Shown one piece after another: positions 24,431-36,100 of a stretch of 54,171 bases of DNA. The translations under genes and the position numbers were made by a program. The number at the start of each line of letters is the position of its first letter. Positions within the stretch are counted from its first letter, which is position 1. The stretch is from a virus (taxonomy: Duplodnaviria > Caudoviricetes): the IMG/VR virus record IMGVR_UViG_3300008110_000118, positions 1 to 54,171 of that record; one strand, 5' to 3'. The notes below the pieces were generated by a model that saw nothing but the letters and a program-made list of their open reading frames with translations, was not told the origin of the DNA and ran no database searches.

Positions 24431-25839
24431 TAGACTGTCCTCGCACAGAAGAGAATACCACGAGTTCTTGTAGTTTGATTGTAAGAACCAGTAATTACAG
24501 TATAAACTTCGGAACCACTGATGGTGATTGTGTCACCTTGTTGGATGTTTGCAGATGGAACTCCATAATCAAAATCAATTAATACAAAATCATCTGGAAG
24601 ATAATAAGGACAAGGTGCTATCTGAGCACTCAAAGGAATTCCTTTTATCACCGCATTATAAAAAGTATTAGAATTCAGTGTCTCGAAATTATTATACCCA
24701 CCAACAGATATTGCTGCATTTCTTGTATAGAATGTCATATCAGTTGAACTTTCTTGATTAAATTGAGAAGATTCATAAGTTGTATATTTTATTGCATTAG
24801 AACCACCATTACTATATCCCCATTCTGCTGATCTTCTTGTTTGACTGTCATTTGCCAAATAAGTATGGAATACAATTTTTGGTTGTGATGTGGCACTTGC
24901 TTGTGGAACAATTCTAGTAAATCCACCTAAGAATAGATAATCTAAATCCCAAATAGGTGTAGTGAAATTGTGAAAGAAAAATACTTCAAAACTATTATCA
25001 TCAATGTTAAGAGATGATAATGTTGGTTGTTTATATGCAAAAACGGCAAAGTTTGGATCTATTCCAGATCGATAGACATTTAAATCTAATTGGTATGAAT
25101 TAGATGATGCAATAGTAAGTCCCCCGTTAGCAAAATTTGGTCCAGAGGTTGTGGTATAATCAGTTGCAGCTCCAGATGGATCATACACAAACTCAAAACC
25201 ATAATTACCAGCAAATCTATTTGCATAAAGATTTCCTCGATCATTAGTATTTGTAGTATTCCACGGATGAAATGATGATCCTTGAGCTATAGAAATTGCT
25301 GTTGTTGATGCTTGAATTCCCCTATAAGTATCCCCAAACCTCTTATTTGATTGGATAGTGTGCCTCAAGACTCCCCAAGGAGCAGATATGCCTGCAGTTA
25401 CATCTTTATCGTAAAATGAACTTGTGGATCCATATTGAACTGGAGATGCTCCACCTGCAACTTGAACTGTAAGTCCAATTGCTACCGCACCATTACTAGA
25501 TCCACCAATATCAGCAGCAGATAAAGTTACATATTCTCCATTTGTGTATCCAACTCCAGGACGATTTACCCAAATATTTTGAATAATTCCAGCACCTCTA
25601 TAGATGTAAAAACTGGCTCCAGTTCCAATGCCAGTTGTAGTAGCAACAGGAACATCATAATAATATGTGTTCCCAACTCCAATAGTTCCACCACCACTAT
25701 ATGCACTGATACCAGTTACAATACCACTTACAGTATTTCCGTGCCATCCTAACCAAGTAAATGCTTCTTCAAGTTGAAGAATAACATCAGTTGCAGCATA
25801 TCCCGCTGCCTTAGAAATGGTCGTAGTTGTGATTGCCAT
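24430..25839 (-). CDS. virion structural protein
   Basis: 469 aa, G/S/T-rich, PGVGY beta repeat, in the tail-fibre block. Confidence 0.75.
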   Translation of the reverse strand: MAITTTTISKAAGYAATDVILQLEEAFTWLGWHGNTVSGIVTGISAYSGGGTIGVGNTYYYDVPVATTTGIGTGASFYIYRGAGIIQNIWVNRPGVGYTNGEYVTLSAADIGGSSNGAVAIGLTVQVAGGASPVQYGSTSSFYDKDVTAGISAPWGVLRHTIQSNKRFGDTYRGIQASTTAISIAQGSSFHPWNTTNTNDRGNLYANRFAGNYGFEFVYDPSGAATDYTTTSGPNFANGGLTIASSNSYQLDLNVYRSGIDPNFAVFAYKQPTLSSLNIDDNSFEVFFFHNFTTPIWDLDYLFLGGFTRIVPQASATSQPKIVFHTYLANDSQTRRSAEWGYSNGGSNAIKYTTYESSQFNQESSTDMTFYTRNAAISVGGYNNFETLNSNTFYNAVIKGIPLSAQIAPCPYYLPDDFVLIDFDYGVPSANIQQGDTITISGSEVYTVITGSYNQTTRTRGILFCARTV

Positions 25840-25846
25840 TTGTTAC

Positions 25847-28800
25847 TTATGCCTCCAGTTGAAGAATGGTTAGAGTTGCTGTGATTGCTTGTGTAGAACC
25901 AGAAAGATTTGTAATCGACGCATAAATTGTGGTATCAGCAGGATTATCAAGATTACCACCCATTACAAAAGGAGAAATAATTTGAGTTGTTGAGATTCCA
26001 GTAGTAATTACCTCAGCAATTACTCCACTTCCAGGTGCTGGATCAACTCCTTGCGATCTGGAAACATCAGCAGCACGAGATGCACTATCTGTATATAGTC
26101 TTAACCAACCTGCAGTGGAAAGACCAACTTTCATCAGAGCATAAGACTTAAATCCAGTAATATTGGTATTACCAATTCCATTATTTGCAATTGAGGTTGT
26201 CACACCAGTTACAACTGTTCTTGATTGCAGAGAACCACCAGATGCGGTGATTGTTGCAATACCAGCATTAAATGTAACATCAAGACCCGTTCCAAAATTA
26301 ACTGTTACTGCAGATCCAACGTTTGCATTATCATCTTTAACGACAATACCAGTTCCCGATGCGGTGACATTTAAAAGTTGAGAACCATCAATCGCAGGAA
26401 GTGATCCAGTTAATTGACCAGCAGGAATATTTGTCAGACCCGATGCAGAACCAGAGAACGATGATGCAGTGATAATTCCAGCAGAATTTGTATTTCCAGA
26501 AATACTTAATTGATTTGTAAAGGTAGTTCCAGTGACTGTTACACCAGTTCCAATGGTTTCAAATTTCTTGGAGTTATTATAGTAGAGTGCTACTGAACCA
26601 TTTTGATTTGCTTCAATTAATTGTTCATCATTTGCAGAATTATTAATTAATAATCTACTAGTTAAAATTCGTAGATCACCAGTGCTCTTTATAGTTTGTC
26701 CAGTAGCACCATTATAATATAATTCCAATTCGTCGGAATTTCCAATCTTGATAATTCCATTAGTTGCAACTTTTAAATTGCCAGTATTTAAATTAATGTT
26801 ATTAGTGAATGTAGAAACACCAGAAACATTTAATTGATTAAAAGTCGAAGTTCCAGAAGTATTAATACCAGGAATAGAAGCAGAAACAGTAGCAATTCCA
26901 GAAGCGAAGGAAACACTTATATTTGAACCGAAGTTAATTGTTCCTGCAGTTCCAACTGGAGTCGCATCATCTTGAATTACAACTCCACTACCACTACCAA
27001 CGACATTGATTAGTGCAGAACCATCAATTGCAGGTAATGTTCCAGTTAGTTGTGAAGCATTTAGAGTTCCATAGAAACTTGTAGCAGATACAACACCAGC
27101 AACTGTGAGTGCTTCTGTAACTACTGTAGTCTTAATGCCAACATTACCACTGGAGTTGATATATTGTCTGATATTTCCTTGACCATCAGCAATGACTACA
27201 TTGTTTGATGAAGTTCTGATGTCGAGGTTTCCAGAGTTTCCATCATAAGCACCAAGGATTACATTATAAGATCCTGTAGAAACTTTTTGTCCTGCTCTCT
27301 CACCAATACCAATGTTATATTGACCAGTGGTTGTATCATAGTAAGAAAGTTCTCCGATACCAATGTTTCTTCCTTGACCACCACTTAATGAGAAGAGAAC
27401 CTGATCGCCAATTGCAATATTTCTACCGCTTCCAGATCCAGCAGGTAAATTACCAAATCTTAGGTTTGATGAAGCATCTGCCTGAATTCTACCAGCAGAA
27501 ATAGTAGCAATACCACTTACATTTAGTGAAGAAGCATTTGCAGTTCCACCAGTAAGGTTAGTAGCATCAGTGATAGAACCAGTAATGTTTCCAACTACAT
27601 CACCATAAAATGCTGTAGCACTTACAATACCAGTGCTTCCATATATGGTAACACCAGTCCCAATTGTAGCAATACCAGAAACATTTAACTGATTTGTAAA
27701 GGTAGTTCCAGTGACTGTTACACCAGTTCCAATGGTTTCAAATTTTTGGTCTAATATTCCACTAGAACTTGCTGGATGATAAAGTTTTACTGATCCATTA
27801 TTAAATAATGCATAGTAGTCTCCACCAGTTTGAGTAAATGAGTGAGTTGGAGCCCTATGGTCATTGGTTCCCGTAGGGTGTGCATTATTAAAAATAACTT
27901 GACCACCATTAGAACGTGTTAAAGTAAAATATCTTGCTCCTCCACTATTACCAATCCAGAGTTTGATTGGTTCGTCTGATCCACTATACGATCCAGTATC
28001 AAAAAGAATTCCACCAGTGCCAGCATTTATTCTTCCGTTAAAAGTAGAAACACCAGAAACATTTAAAGTCTCAAGAGAAGTGTTTCCTGTAACTGTAAGA
28101 GCACTTGTTGGATTTGTGGTTCCTATACCGACATTAGAAAGAGTATGGATTCCTACTCCGGCAGTTCTCCAATAAGAATCTCCAACACCAGAACCTGAAA
28201 TATTTGTGAGTCCGCTACCATCTCCAACAAAAAATGCAGCGGTTACGATTCCAGAGAAACGAGAGTTTCCAACTACATGGAAATCAGTAACTGGATTAAA
28301 TGTATTGAAACCAACTCTACCAGAAGAATTTATATATTGTCTGATATTCCCTTGTCCATCAGCGAGGACAATATTATTTGATGAATTTCTAATATCTAAA
28401 TTATTTGAGTTTCCATCAAATCTACCTATAATAACATTATTATTTCCAGTTAAAAATCTTCCCGCTCTTTCTCCAATAGCAATATTGTTTGATCCACTTG
28501 TTAAGGACTCTAATGCATATTGACCAACACCAATATTTGTACTTCCACTAGTAAGTCCTGCTAATGGACCATCTCCAATAGCAATATTTGAATTTCCAGT
28601 TGTATTTGGTGCAGCGTTAAAACCAATCCTTATGTTCTCAAGACCAGTTCCAAATTGAAGTCTTCCAGAATTAATTGTTGTGATTCCAGTAATTGTTAAA
28701 CCACCACTGACTCCACTGAAAACTCTCAAAGTTCTTGTGGATGTCAGTCCAGAAACATTAACACTTCCAGCTTTTAATTCTCCACTTGATGGTTGATAGA

Positions 28801-29851
28801 GTAATTTGGATTTATCAACTAAAATTTGACCATCATCAGAAGAAAATGTTGGATAATAAGTAGTAGTTGTTGATATGGAATTCGTTACTGTTACACTACT
28901 TGCTGCACCAGTAAGACTTCCAGTAAATGATACTGCTGTAATTACTCCAACAGTAATTCCACTTTCGCTGATTACTGTTCCGGTCCCAATACCAATCGTA
29001 TTGTTTTGACCATTAAATGTTATTGATGATTCGCCAACAGTTAAAATTCCAGTTACTCGTGCATCACCTTGAACTCGAAGAATTTCGGATCCACTTAATG
29101 ATTGTGTTCCAATCGCTACGTTTCTAGAAGTGTGAATGCCAGTGGTTGAAATTGGATCCCAATAAGAAATCCCTCCAGAAGAAGGGTCAATATAAACAGT
29201 AACACCAACACCAAGTCCAACTGCTGTTACCGCAGCACCTACGAAGTTAATTGAAGTAATATTTTGTGCTGCTCCTACTGCAACACCTTCTTCTAAAACA
29301 GTAATACCTTGAATTGCATCAGTAGATCCAAGACCAATCGTAGCTTGACCTACAATATCGACGTTTTCTCCACCAAAACAAGGATTTAATAGTGAAACCG
29401 TAGCACCATCAACCGCAACATATTCAGAATCAGTTAATCTAATACCATTGATATATACATCTACAAGTCCAACAACATAAGTTGCTGAAAATGTAATCTG
29501 ACCAGGATTGGCAGTGAAATTGGAAGCAAACTTCTGTGAAATTGGAAGATCCGCCCAACCAAGACCATTTCCAGTAGATCTAATATATTGATTTATTTTT
29601 CCTAAAGTTCCACCGATAGAAATTGCAGCATTATCAAGAATTAATTCATTGGTAATTTCTGCATTATAGAAAGTGGAATTTTGTGCTACAGTTAAACTTG
29701 TAGCACCGATTCCACCAGCAACTTGGAATATGTTTGCTCCTTCAAATTGAGTGGTATTAATACCGACTTTACCTGAACCTGCCTGAGCCCAGATTAAAGT
29801 ACCACCAACTTCAAGACCATTTCTAACAATAAAATTCTTATCTACTGCCAT
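25847..29851 (-). CDS. long tail-fibre protein, modular
   Basis: 1334 aa; N-terminal KNFIVRNGLEV, VDVYINGIRL module, VGIGT repeats, NIAIG (YadA-head-like) repeats, internal duplications. Confidence 0.85.
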   Translation of the reverse strand: MAVDKNFIVRNGLEVGGTLIWAQAGSGKVGINTTQFEGANIFQVAGGIGATSLTVAQNSTFYNAEITNELILDNAAISIGGTLGKINQYIRSTGNGLGWADLPISQKFASNFTANPGQITFSATYVVGLVDVYINGIRLTDSEYVAVDGATVSLLNPCFGGENVDIVGQATIGLGSTDAIQGITVLEEGVAVGAAQNITSINFVGAAVTAVGLGVGVTVYIDPSSGGISYWDPISTTGIHTSRNVAIGTQSLSGSEILRVQGDARVTGILTVGESSITFNGQNNTIGIGTGTVISESGITVGVITAVSFTGSLTGAASSVTVTNSISTTTTYYPTFSSDDGQILVDKSKLLYQPSSGELKAGSVNVSGLTSTRTLRVFSGVSGGLTITGITTINSGRLQFGTGLENIRIGFNAAPNTTGNSNIAIGDGPLAGLTSGSTNIGVGQYALESLTSGSNNIAIGERAGRFLTGNNNVIIGRFDGNSNNLDIRNSSNNIVLADGQGNIRQYINSSGRVGFNTFNPVTDFHVVGNSRFSGIVTAAFFVGDGSGLTNISGSGVGDSYWRTAGVGIHTLSNVGIGTTNPTSALTVTGNTSLETLNVSGVSTFNGRINAGTGGILFDTGSYSGSDEPIKLWIGNSGGARYFTLTRSNGGQVIFNNAHPTGTNDHRAPTHSFTQTGGDYYALFNNGSVKLYHPASSSGILDQKFETIGTGVTVTGTTFTNQLNVSGIATIGTGVTIYGSTGIVSATAFYGDVVGNITGSITDATNLTGGTANASSLNVSGIATISAGRIQADASSNLRFGNLPAGSGSGRNIAIGDQVLFSLSGGQGRNIGIGELSYYDTTTGQYNIGIGERAGQKVSTGSYNVILGAYDGNSGNLDIRTSSNNVVIADGQGNIRQYINSSGNVGIKTTVVTEALTVAGVVSATSFYGTLNASQLTGTLPAIDGSALINVVGSGSGVVIQDDATPVGTAGTINFGSNISVSFASGIATVSASIPGINTSGTSTFNQLNVSGVSTFTNNINLNTGNLKVATNGIIKIGNSDELELYYNGATGQTIKSTGDLRILTSRLLINNSANDEQLIEANQNGSVALYYNNSKKFETIGTGVTVTGTTFTNQLSISGNTNSAGIITASSFSGSASGLTNIPAGQLTGSLPAIDGSQLLNVTASGTGIVVKDDNANVGSAVTVNFGTGLDVTFNAGIATITASGGSLQSRTVVTGVTTSIANNGIGNTNITGFKSYALMKVGLSTAGWLRLYTDSASRAADVSRSQGVDPAPGSGVIAEVITTGISTTQIISPFVMGGNLDNPADTTIYASITNLSGSTQAITATLTILQLEA
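26511..26566. repeat. 56-nt exact direct repeat, copy B
   Basis: tgatttgtaaaggtagttccagtgactgttacaccagttccaatggtttcaaattt, identical to 27690-27745. Confidence 0.9.
27690..27745. repeat. 56-nt exact direct repeat, copy A
   Basis: Identical to 26511-26566; encodes KFETIGTGVTVTGTTFTNQ. Confidence 0.9.
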
Positions 29852-29881
29852 TTGGGTTCACTCTCCCCCAGCGTTTTTTAT

Positions 29882-29888
29882 TATTTAT
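29882..29888 (-). promoter_or_regulatory. T4-type late promoter ATAAATA
   Basis: CATAAATA about 30 nt upstream of the tail-fibre ATG at 29851. Confidence 0.65.
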
Positions 29889-29896
29889 GAAACAAA

Positions 29897-32800
29897 TCAG
29901 TTAATTGTGTTTCCGCAGGTATCTTTGATAGATCCCTTATTTGTAGTAAGACTATTGCTAATATTATTAATCAATTGTTGAAGAGTTAAAGTAGTAGAGT
30001 TCTTATATTCATTCAACCAATATCTTAATTCAGTTATAGTAGGTGGTCTTCCAGATCTTGATACAAATGTTGATTTTATATTTGCCGAAACGTTATTCCA
30101 ACTATCTCCACCAATAATATTTGATGCAGAATATCCAATTCTTACTGCTCCATTACCACCGTTACCTCCTCTATTTCTTCTGGATCCTCCACCTCCTCCA
30201 CCACCATAATTACCACCATTTCCACCAGTTCGTTTTCCATCAACTCTAGCAACTCCAAATGCACCTATAGTTCCAGTTAATGATGCCCCGTTACCTCCAG
30301 AACCTCCACATACAGTACAAGTATCTAATTCTGCTGCATGACCAGCATTAGATCCATTCAATAATCCAGCTCCTCCACCATAACCACCTCTAGCGTGTGT
30401 ATCACTTTGCATTCTTTGACCATTTTCTCCATAATCTAATCCTCCAGATCCACCCGGACTGAAACTTCCACCAGTTCCTCCAGATGCTCTTATAGTTCCA
30501 CAAGCACTAGTTCCTCCTGTTTTTCCTAGATTATCCGAACTTGTAGTTCCTTGTGCTCCCAATCCTCCCTCACCAACAATAACTGTAACAGTTTCTCCTG
30601 GATTTACACCTAAAGTTCCAGATTTAATGCCACCACCGCCACCACCACCGCCACCTGAAGTTCCAGTGTTATCTAATGAAGTTCCACCACCTCCACCGCC
30701 TCCAATACATAAAACATTTAAACTCGTTACACCAGAAGGTACTATCCAACTAAAAGTTCCGGGAGTTGTAAAATCTACCACATTTGAAGATGATGTGGTG
30801 TTAGATTTCATTGAATTATTAATATTTGATCCACTCAAACTATTGAAATAATACTGCCCATCTTCTCCTAATGTACATATTGCATCTACACCAGTATCGA
30901 TAGGTAAATTTTGAACAGAATTCTGACATGCTTGAGTTGAAATTGTCACTGATGCTTCTGGTGAATCTCCACTTGGACCAACTCCTACAACAGTATATGT
31001 TGTTCTTTGAGTAACTCCTTCTATAACAACTTGACCAGATGGTTCCACTGCCCCAAAGTTTGATCGAACAAAATTTGCATTTTGAGTAGACCAAGATATA
31101 GCAACATTTCCTCCATAAGGAACAGTTGTTGGGCTTGCTGCAATTTGTGCTGTAGTAATAGTTTGAATAGGTATAGTAACTGAGGATGGTACAGAACCTC
31201 CATCTGGACCATATGCAGTTATGGTATAGATTTTACTTTGAGTTACTCCAGATAAAAGAATACTTCCAGTAGTTTGAGCAGAACCAACTCCAAAGTTTGA
31301 TGATACTGAAGTTGCATATTCGCTATCCCAAGATAATACTAAATCTCCCCCATATGGGACTTGAGCAACAGATGCTGAAAGTCTTATTACTGGAGTTTTA
31401 TCTGGTATTGTAGTAAGTGTCCATTGTGCAGCAGTCGAATTGCCATTAGCAGTTAAAATTGAAACTACAGTATTTCTTACTTCAGAATACTCACCAGATG
31501 TCATATAGACTTCTACTGTCGTTCCTATTCCAACTGGAATATTAGTTCCAGTTATACCATTTACAAAAAGATATGAGTTTGGATTTGATGTACTAACTCT
31601 CAAGTTGCAATCCGATTCAGCAGGACCAGAAACAACAAAACTTGTTTTTTGTAATGTGTTTCTTGGTAAATTATCTAAATTAGTAAAACTAAATGGATCA
31701 ACAATACAGAATCTAACGGCACTAGAAAGGAACCAATTATCGCTTATGGTTTCACTAAAAATTGAATTCAAGTTTCTATTATCGCTTCCTGTTACAGAAA
31801 AGGTAGTTTGAACTTCTCCATTAGATGCTGGAGAAGATCTTACCTGAAGTGTTATACGATCTCCATTTCTTACATTATAACTATCTGAAGAATAATCTCT
31901 TACAGCTTCTAAAACTGAACTTGAATTTAATCTTTGTACTCTAAATTTACCAGGACTAGTTATAGATGCAACTGCTTCATCTCCTGGAGTCATTCCAGTC
32001 AATTCTATAGTATTACTGAAATAATCTTTATCTCTATCAACGCTATTTAAGTCGTTAAATTTAAATCTATCTGGAATAGTATCTACAATAGGAATTCTTG
32101 TTGTTACCGAATAACTTGCAGAAACAGTAGAAGTCTTTCCTATAATTCTTAATGTACCAGTATTTGTAGCACTATATTCGCTAGTGCTCAAAACACTTAA
32201 TGTAATAATATCTCCATTAAAAACTGGAAAAGTAGTTGAAGAAATATCAGAGTAATTTTTTACTGTGGTTAACCCTATGCCTGATAATACTCTTTGTACT
32301 TTGAAAAATACTCCCCTTCCTTCTATAAGAGCGGTCATTTCAACATTATTATCTGCTCCACTCAAAGTTATAGAATTACTTTCATATGAAACATTTGGAG
32401 TAGCATTAATTACATTTGTAAAAGAAAATGGATTTACAGTAGTGTCTGCTTCTCTTGTTGTTATACTATAAGTAGTAGAATAAGTTCCAACTAAAACTTG
32501 AGTTGTTGATGTTCTACCATAAAGAGATGATGATACACCAACCATCTGGATAGTATCACCAGTTAATACTAATCCAGAATATACAGGAGAACCGCCATTA
32601 ATTCTAATTGATGATATTCCTGAATTAACGATTATTTGAGTTGGTACTGAAGGTTCTAACCCTCCCAACGTTACTATATTACTAGATGCTGCAGATCTTA
32701 TCTCTAAATTAGAAGAATTATTAAAAGTAAAAGGATCTGGAGTTGAATCTTTGGATCTAGTTACAATTCTCCATTCAGAAAATCTCTTACCAACTCTTAC

Positions 32801-33115
32801 ATTTGTAGAATACGTTTTAAAGAAATCTGCATCGGTTCCAGATGAAGTTTGAACCTGTACAGAAATATAATCATTATTTTTTATAAATTGAGGTAAAGTA
32901 GAAAAGGGACTTCCATTTACAGATAAAGAAAAACCCGTTCCTACAGTAACTTTTGCTCTATTATTAAGTCCAGTAATAGTTGTTATACCAGTTGTATATG
33001 CCAGTCCTGGTGTGGCGTTGCTAATATTAGTAAAAGAAAAATCATTAGGCCAATCATCCAAAGTTCCTCTCCAAGAGTACTCTGATGCACCCCCAACCGC
33101 GCCTAGAAGTGGCAT
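29897..33115 (-). CDS. virion structural protein with tandem Ig-like repeats and a C-terminal glycine-rich domain
   Basis: Repeated D..P.PF.F.....SN.I.L.G units, two L.AS...VPYGG...SW units, and a FTTPGTFSWIVPSGVT..VLCIGGGGGG...GAVRIGY domain. Confidence 0.8.
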   Translation of the reverse strand: MPLLGAVGGASEYSWRGTLDDWPNDFSFTNISNATPGLAYTTGITTITGLNNRAKVTVGTGFSLSVNGSPFSTLPQFIKNNDYISVQVQTSSGTDADFFKTYSTNVRVGKRFSEWRIVTRSKDSTPDPFTFNNSSNLEIRSAASSNIVTLGGLEPSVPTQIIVNSGISSIRINGGSPVYSGLVLTGDTIQMVGVSSSLYGRTSTTQVLVGTYSTTYSITTREADTTVNPFSFTNVINATPNVSYESNSITLSGADNNVEMTALIEGRGVFFKVQRVLSGIGLTTVKNYSDISSTTFPVFNGDIITLSVLSTSEYSATNTGTLRIIGKTSTVSASYSVTTRIPIVDTIPDRFKFNDLNSVDRDKDYFSNTIELTGMTPGDEAVASITSPGKFRVQRLNSSSVLEAVRDYSSDSYNVRNGDRITLQVRSSPASNGEVQTTFSVTGSDNRNLNSIFSETISDNWFLSSAVRFCIVDPFSFTNLDNLPRNTLQKTSFVVSGPAESDCNLRVSTSNPNSYLFVNGITGTNIPVGIGTTVEVYMTSGEYSEVRNTVVSILTANGNSTAAQWTLTTIPDKTPVIRLSASVAQVPYGGDLVLSWDSEYATSVSSNFGVGSAQTTGSILLSGVTQSKIYTITAYGPDGGSVPSSVTIPIQTITTAQIAASPTTVPYGGNVAISWSTQNANFVRSNFGAVEPSGQVVIEGVTQRTTYTVVGVGPSGDSPEASVTISTQACQNSVQNLPIDTGVDAICTLGEDGQYYFNSLSGSNINNSMKSNTTSSSNVVDFTTPGTFSWIVPSGVTSLNVLCIGGGGGGGTSLDNTGTSGGGGGGGGGIKSGTLGVNPGETVTVIVGEGGLGAQGTTSSDNLGKTGGTSACGTIRASGGTGGSFSPGGSGGLDYGENGQRMQSDTHARGGYGGGAGLLNGSNAGHAAELDTCTVCGGSGGNGASLTGTIGAFGVARVDGKRTGGNGGNYGGGGGGGSRRNRGGNGGNGAVRIGYSASNIIGGDSWNNVSANIKSTFVSRSGRPPTITELRYWLNEYKNSTTLTLQQLINNISNSLTTNKGSIKDTCGNTIN

Positions 33116-33129
33116 ATATTATATCCTCC

Positions 33130-36100
33130 TTATGCGTACTGAGACTGAGAATAGAGAACTGTAAATGTATTATTTGCAGTCTTTATGATAACGTAAGTAT
33201 ATACATCAATGCTATTTGCATTTCCTGACGTTATTTGTGATCCACCATAATATCTAGGGGTTACTGTTAAACCGTCAATTTGAACTGTGGAATTATAATA
33301 TGGAATAGGACCTTGTGAAGTCATAATAGCAACCGTCATAGAATCGCCAACTTCTAAGAAGCTATTGAGAGTCTGAGAAGGACCACCTCTAAAGTTTATA
33401 GTCCAGTTTCCTTGAGCATTAGATGTAAAGTAATAAACATTATTATCTCCAAGATCAATATTAGTAACGCCAGTAGTCAGAATTCCTGCACTAACTGTTG
33501 CTTTTTCAATAATCTCAAACAATCTAAGGGTTCCATTGACAGCCATAGAACCTTCAACATATAATCCATAACCCGCTTTTGCACTGGTAGTTCCAACGCC
33601 AATAGGAGTATTGGTATGAATACCAATAGCATCAGGTTGCCATCTGCTATCAACGTTAAATAAGAATCTTCCATCTCCACTAAAAGAACCGATGAAGTTT
33701 CCTGTAGCACTATTGACAACAATATCGGTAGTATTTGTTTGAGTGCTGATTAAACCAAACTTTTTCCATTGATTATCTGAAGTATAAGTCCAACCAAGGG
33801 TCCCACCAGATTCTGGAGTTGCATTATAAACAACATCACCAATATTTCCAGAAACAGAAGGAGTTGAAATTCCTACAGTATATTTTCTAGAAATTGTTGC
33901 ATCACCCTGAATAAACAGAGAATTTGCTTCAATACCTTTATCTGAAGTAGATGTAAGTTTATTGTTGAAGATTACCGGACCACCGAATGATGAAACGAGA
34001 TTTCCATCAGATCCACCTTCAACTTTGATTGATCTATCGACAGTAATTTCTGAAGATGATTGATAACTAAATCCAATTTGCTCAGCATTATTGGAAATTT
34101 CCTCACCAGTTACTGTTGGAATTGGAGAATCAAATACTTCAACTGTTCCATTTGAAGCGTTGGTTTTTGTATTTCCAACATAAAAGTCACCTTCACTGTT
34201 CATCCCAGTAAAGATTATGATACCACCATCAAACTTAAATGTTTGAGAGAGAAGTTCTTCCTGTGGAGAAAGAATTCTATCTTGTCTGTCTGGAAGTGCG
34301 GTAGAATAATTACCAGGACCAAATCCAAGGTATTCAAAAGTATGCCCAGATGCACGAATGATAGAGTTTCTACGAAGTTCAATAGGACGTGGTTTGATTC
34401 TTCTAACTATAGATCCCGTTAAATGAGTTTCTCTCGCAGTTCCAAATAATCCTCTGAATACTGAAACATTATTGCTAGTTACTGTAGATCTTACTCTAAA
34501 GATCTCACTATCAATTAAAAGATAATCTCCGATCTTAAGATCCAATAATGAAGTATCTAAAGTAATTGTAGTTGTTGTTACATTATTGATTGGTCCAAGT
34601 AAGTTGGAAGTTAAATTAGCATATTCTGCAACCAATCTTCCAGCAATATTTTCATTCTCATTAGTAGTTTTTCCACCATTAGGGGAGAATCCTGTTGGAT
34701 GAACATAAATTGTTCCAGTTGTTGCTGGAGAAGATGCCCCTACGCCAACATTAACAGAGAATGAAGTTAAACTATTAACTTTTTTAACTACAAATTCTCG
34801 ATTATATAAAGAACTATTTGCTCCACTAATTAAAGTCTTATTATCAACTTTTAATCCATGGTTTGATGATGTAACAAATGTTGCAATTCCACTTGTATTA
34901 TCATAAGTTAAAGAACTTACAGATAAAGTAGGACCAACAAGAGTTAGATTACCAGTTTTGGCATAGGTTAAACCAATACCAATGGTTTCCCTTGGACTAA
35001 TAGCAGTGATTGATTGAAGTTCAATCTGCTTATCTCTACCATTAGAAATTCCAGTGATTCTATAGTAGTTGTTATAACCATCGTAATCATCAAAATTAAT
35101 ATCGGTTATTCTAACAGTGTCTCCAACATTGCTGTAAATTCTGCTTACAGAAACTATGGCAGGAACGTGTCCAGTTGTTGTTGCGGTTCCAGTTAATGCA
35201 AAAGTATTTCCTACACCAGCAGCACTTCCTCCATCAATAATTTCTACACCAGTTACTGAACCATTAACTGCAGTAACTCTTGCTGTTGCATTTTTTCCAA
35301 AAGCGGGATTTGAAGAATCTAATTTTACGTTGAAAAATACTTCGGTTCCGATACCAGTTCCATAGTTTGAACCAGGATTGATAATAGAAACTTCAATGAT
35401 TCTATTGAGTCCATGATCGATAGATGTATAGACTGTATGAGCAGTTCCTGCACTATTGGAAAGAATATTTGTTATTCCAATTCCAATTTTAAAATCTTCA
35501 GTCCATCTTGAAATAGTTTCTCTGGTTAAACTCTTTTGTGGATCATTAATAACAACTTGTCCAACTGGTTCTGCTATTGCAAAAGATGAAGTTGGTTTTG
35601 GATCAGATACAATATTGTCTCTATTTAATTGTGGGTAGAGATATTGAACTGGTTGACTAAGTTGATAGTCTGAAAAAGGTGAAATTGTTGGACTAGATGA
35701 TGAATTGACAACGGTTAAATGATAAACTCCATCTTTTTGTCCTGGAACATACTTTTGAATTTCTTTTGACTTATAAACTTGATAATTAGCAAATAAGGTT
35801 TTCTTTTTGAATCTAGGAAGATTCTTGTTTCTTGTAAATGTGGAACTTGAGAATGTTCCTGGATTATTATCTAAATCATAACTAAAATGTTTAGAGCTGC
35901 TAATTCCAGTTACTGTAAATGTCCCATTAAATGAACTATTTGCAATTCCTGTGGGATTATTGCTACTTGCAATATTAATAATTTCAACTTGAGATCCAAT
36001 TTTTAATTCGTGTGGAACTTCTGTAATAACATTAGCAACATTATTTGCCCAACGAGCATCTGCAATAATTCTAAAGTTTCTTAATTCCGTTGAATTTGAA

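Noticed and set aside
26511-27745. 56-nt repeat pair as a diversity-generating retroelement TR/VR or invertible shufflon
   Set aside because: Copies are identical (no A-specific mismatches), direct rather than inverted and both in-frame; no reverse transcriptase or invertase in the window
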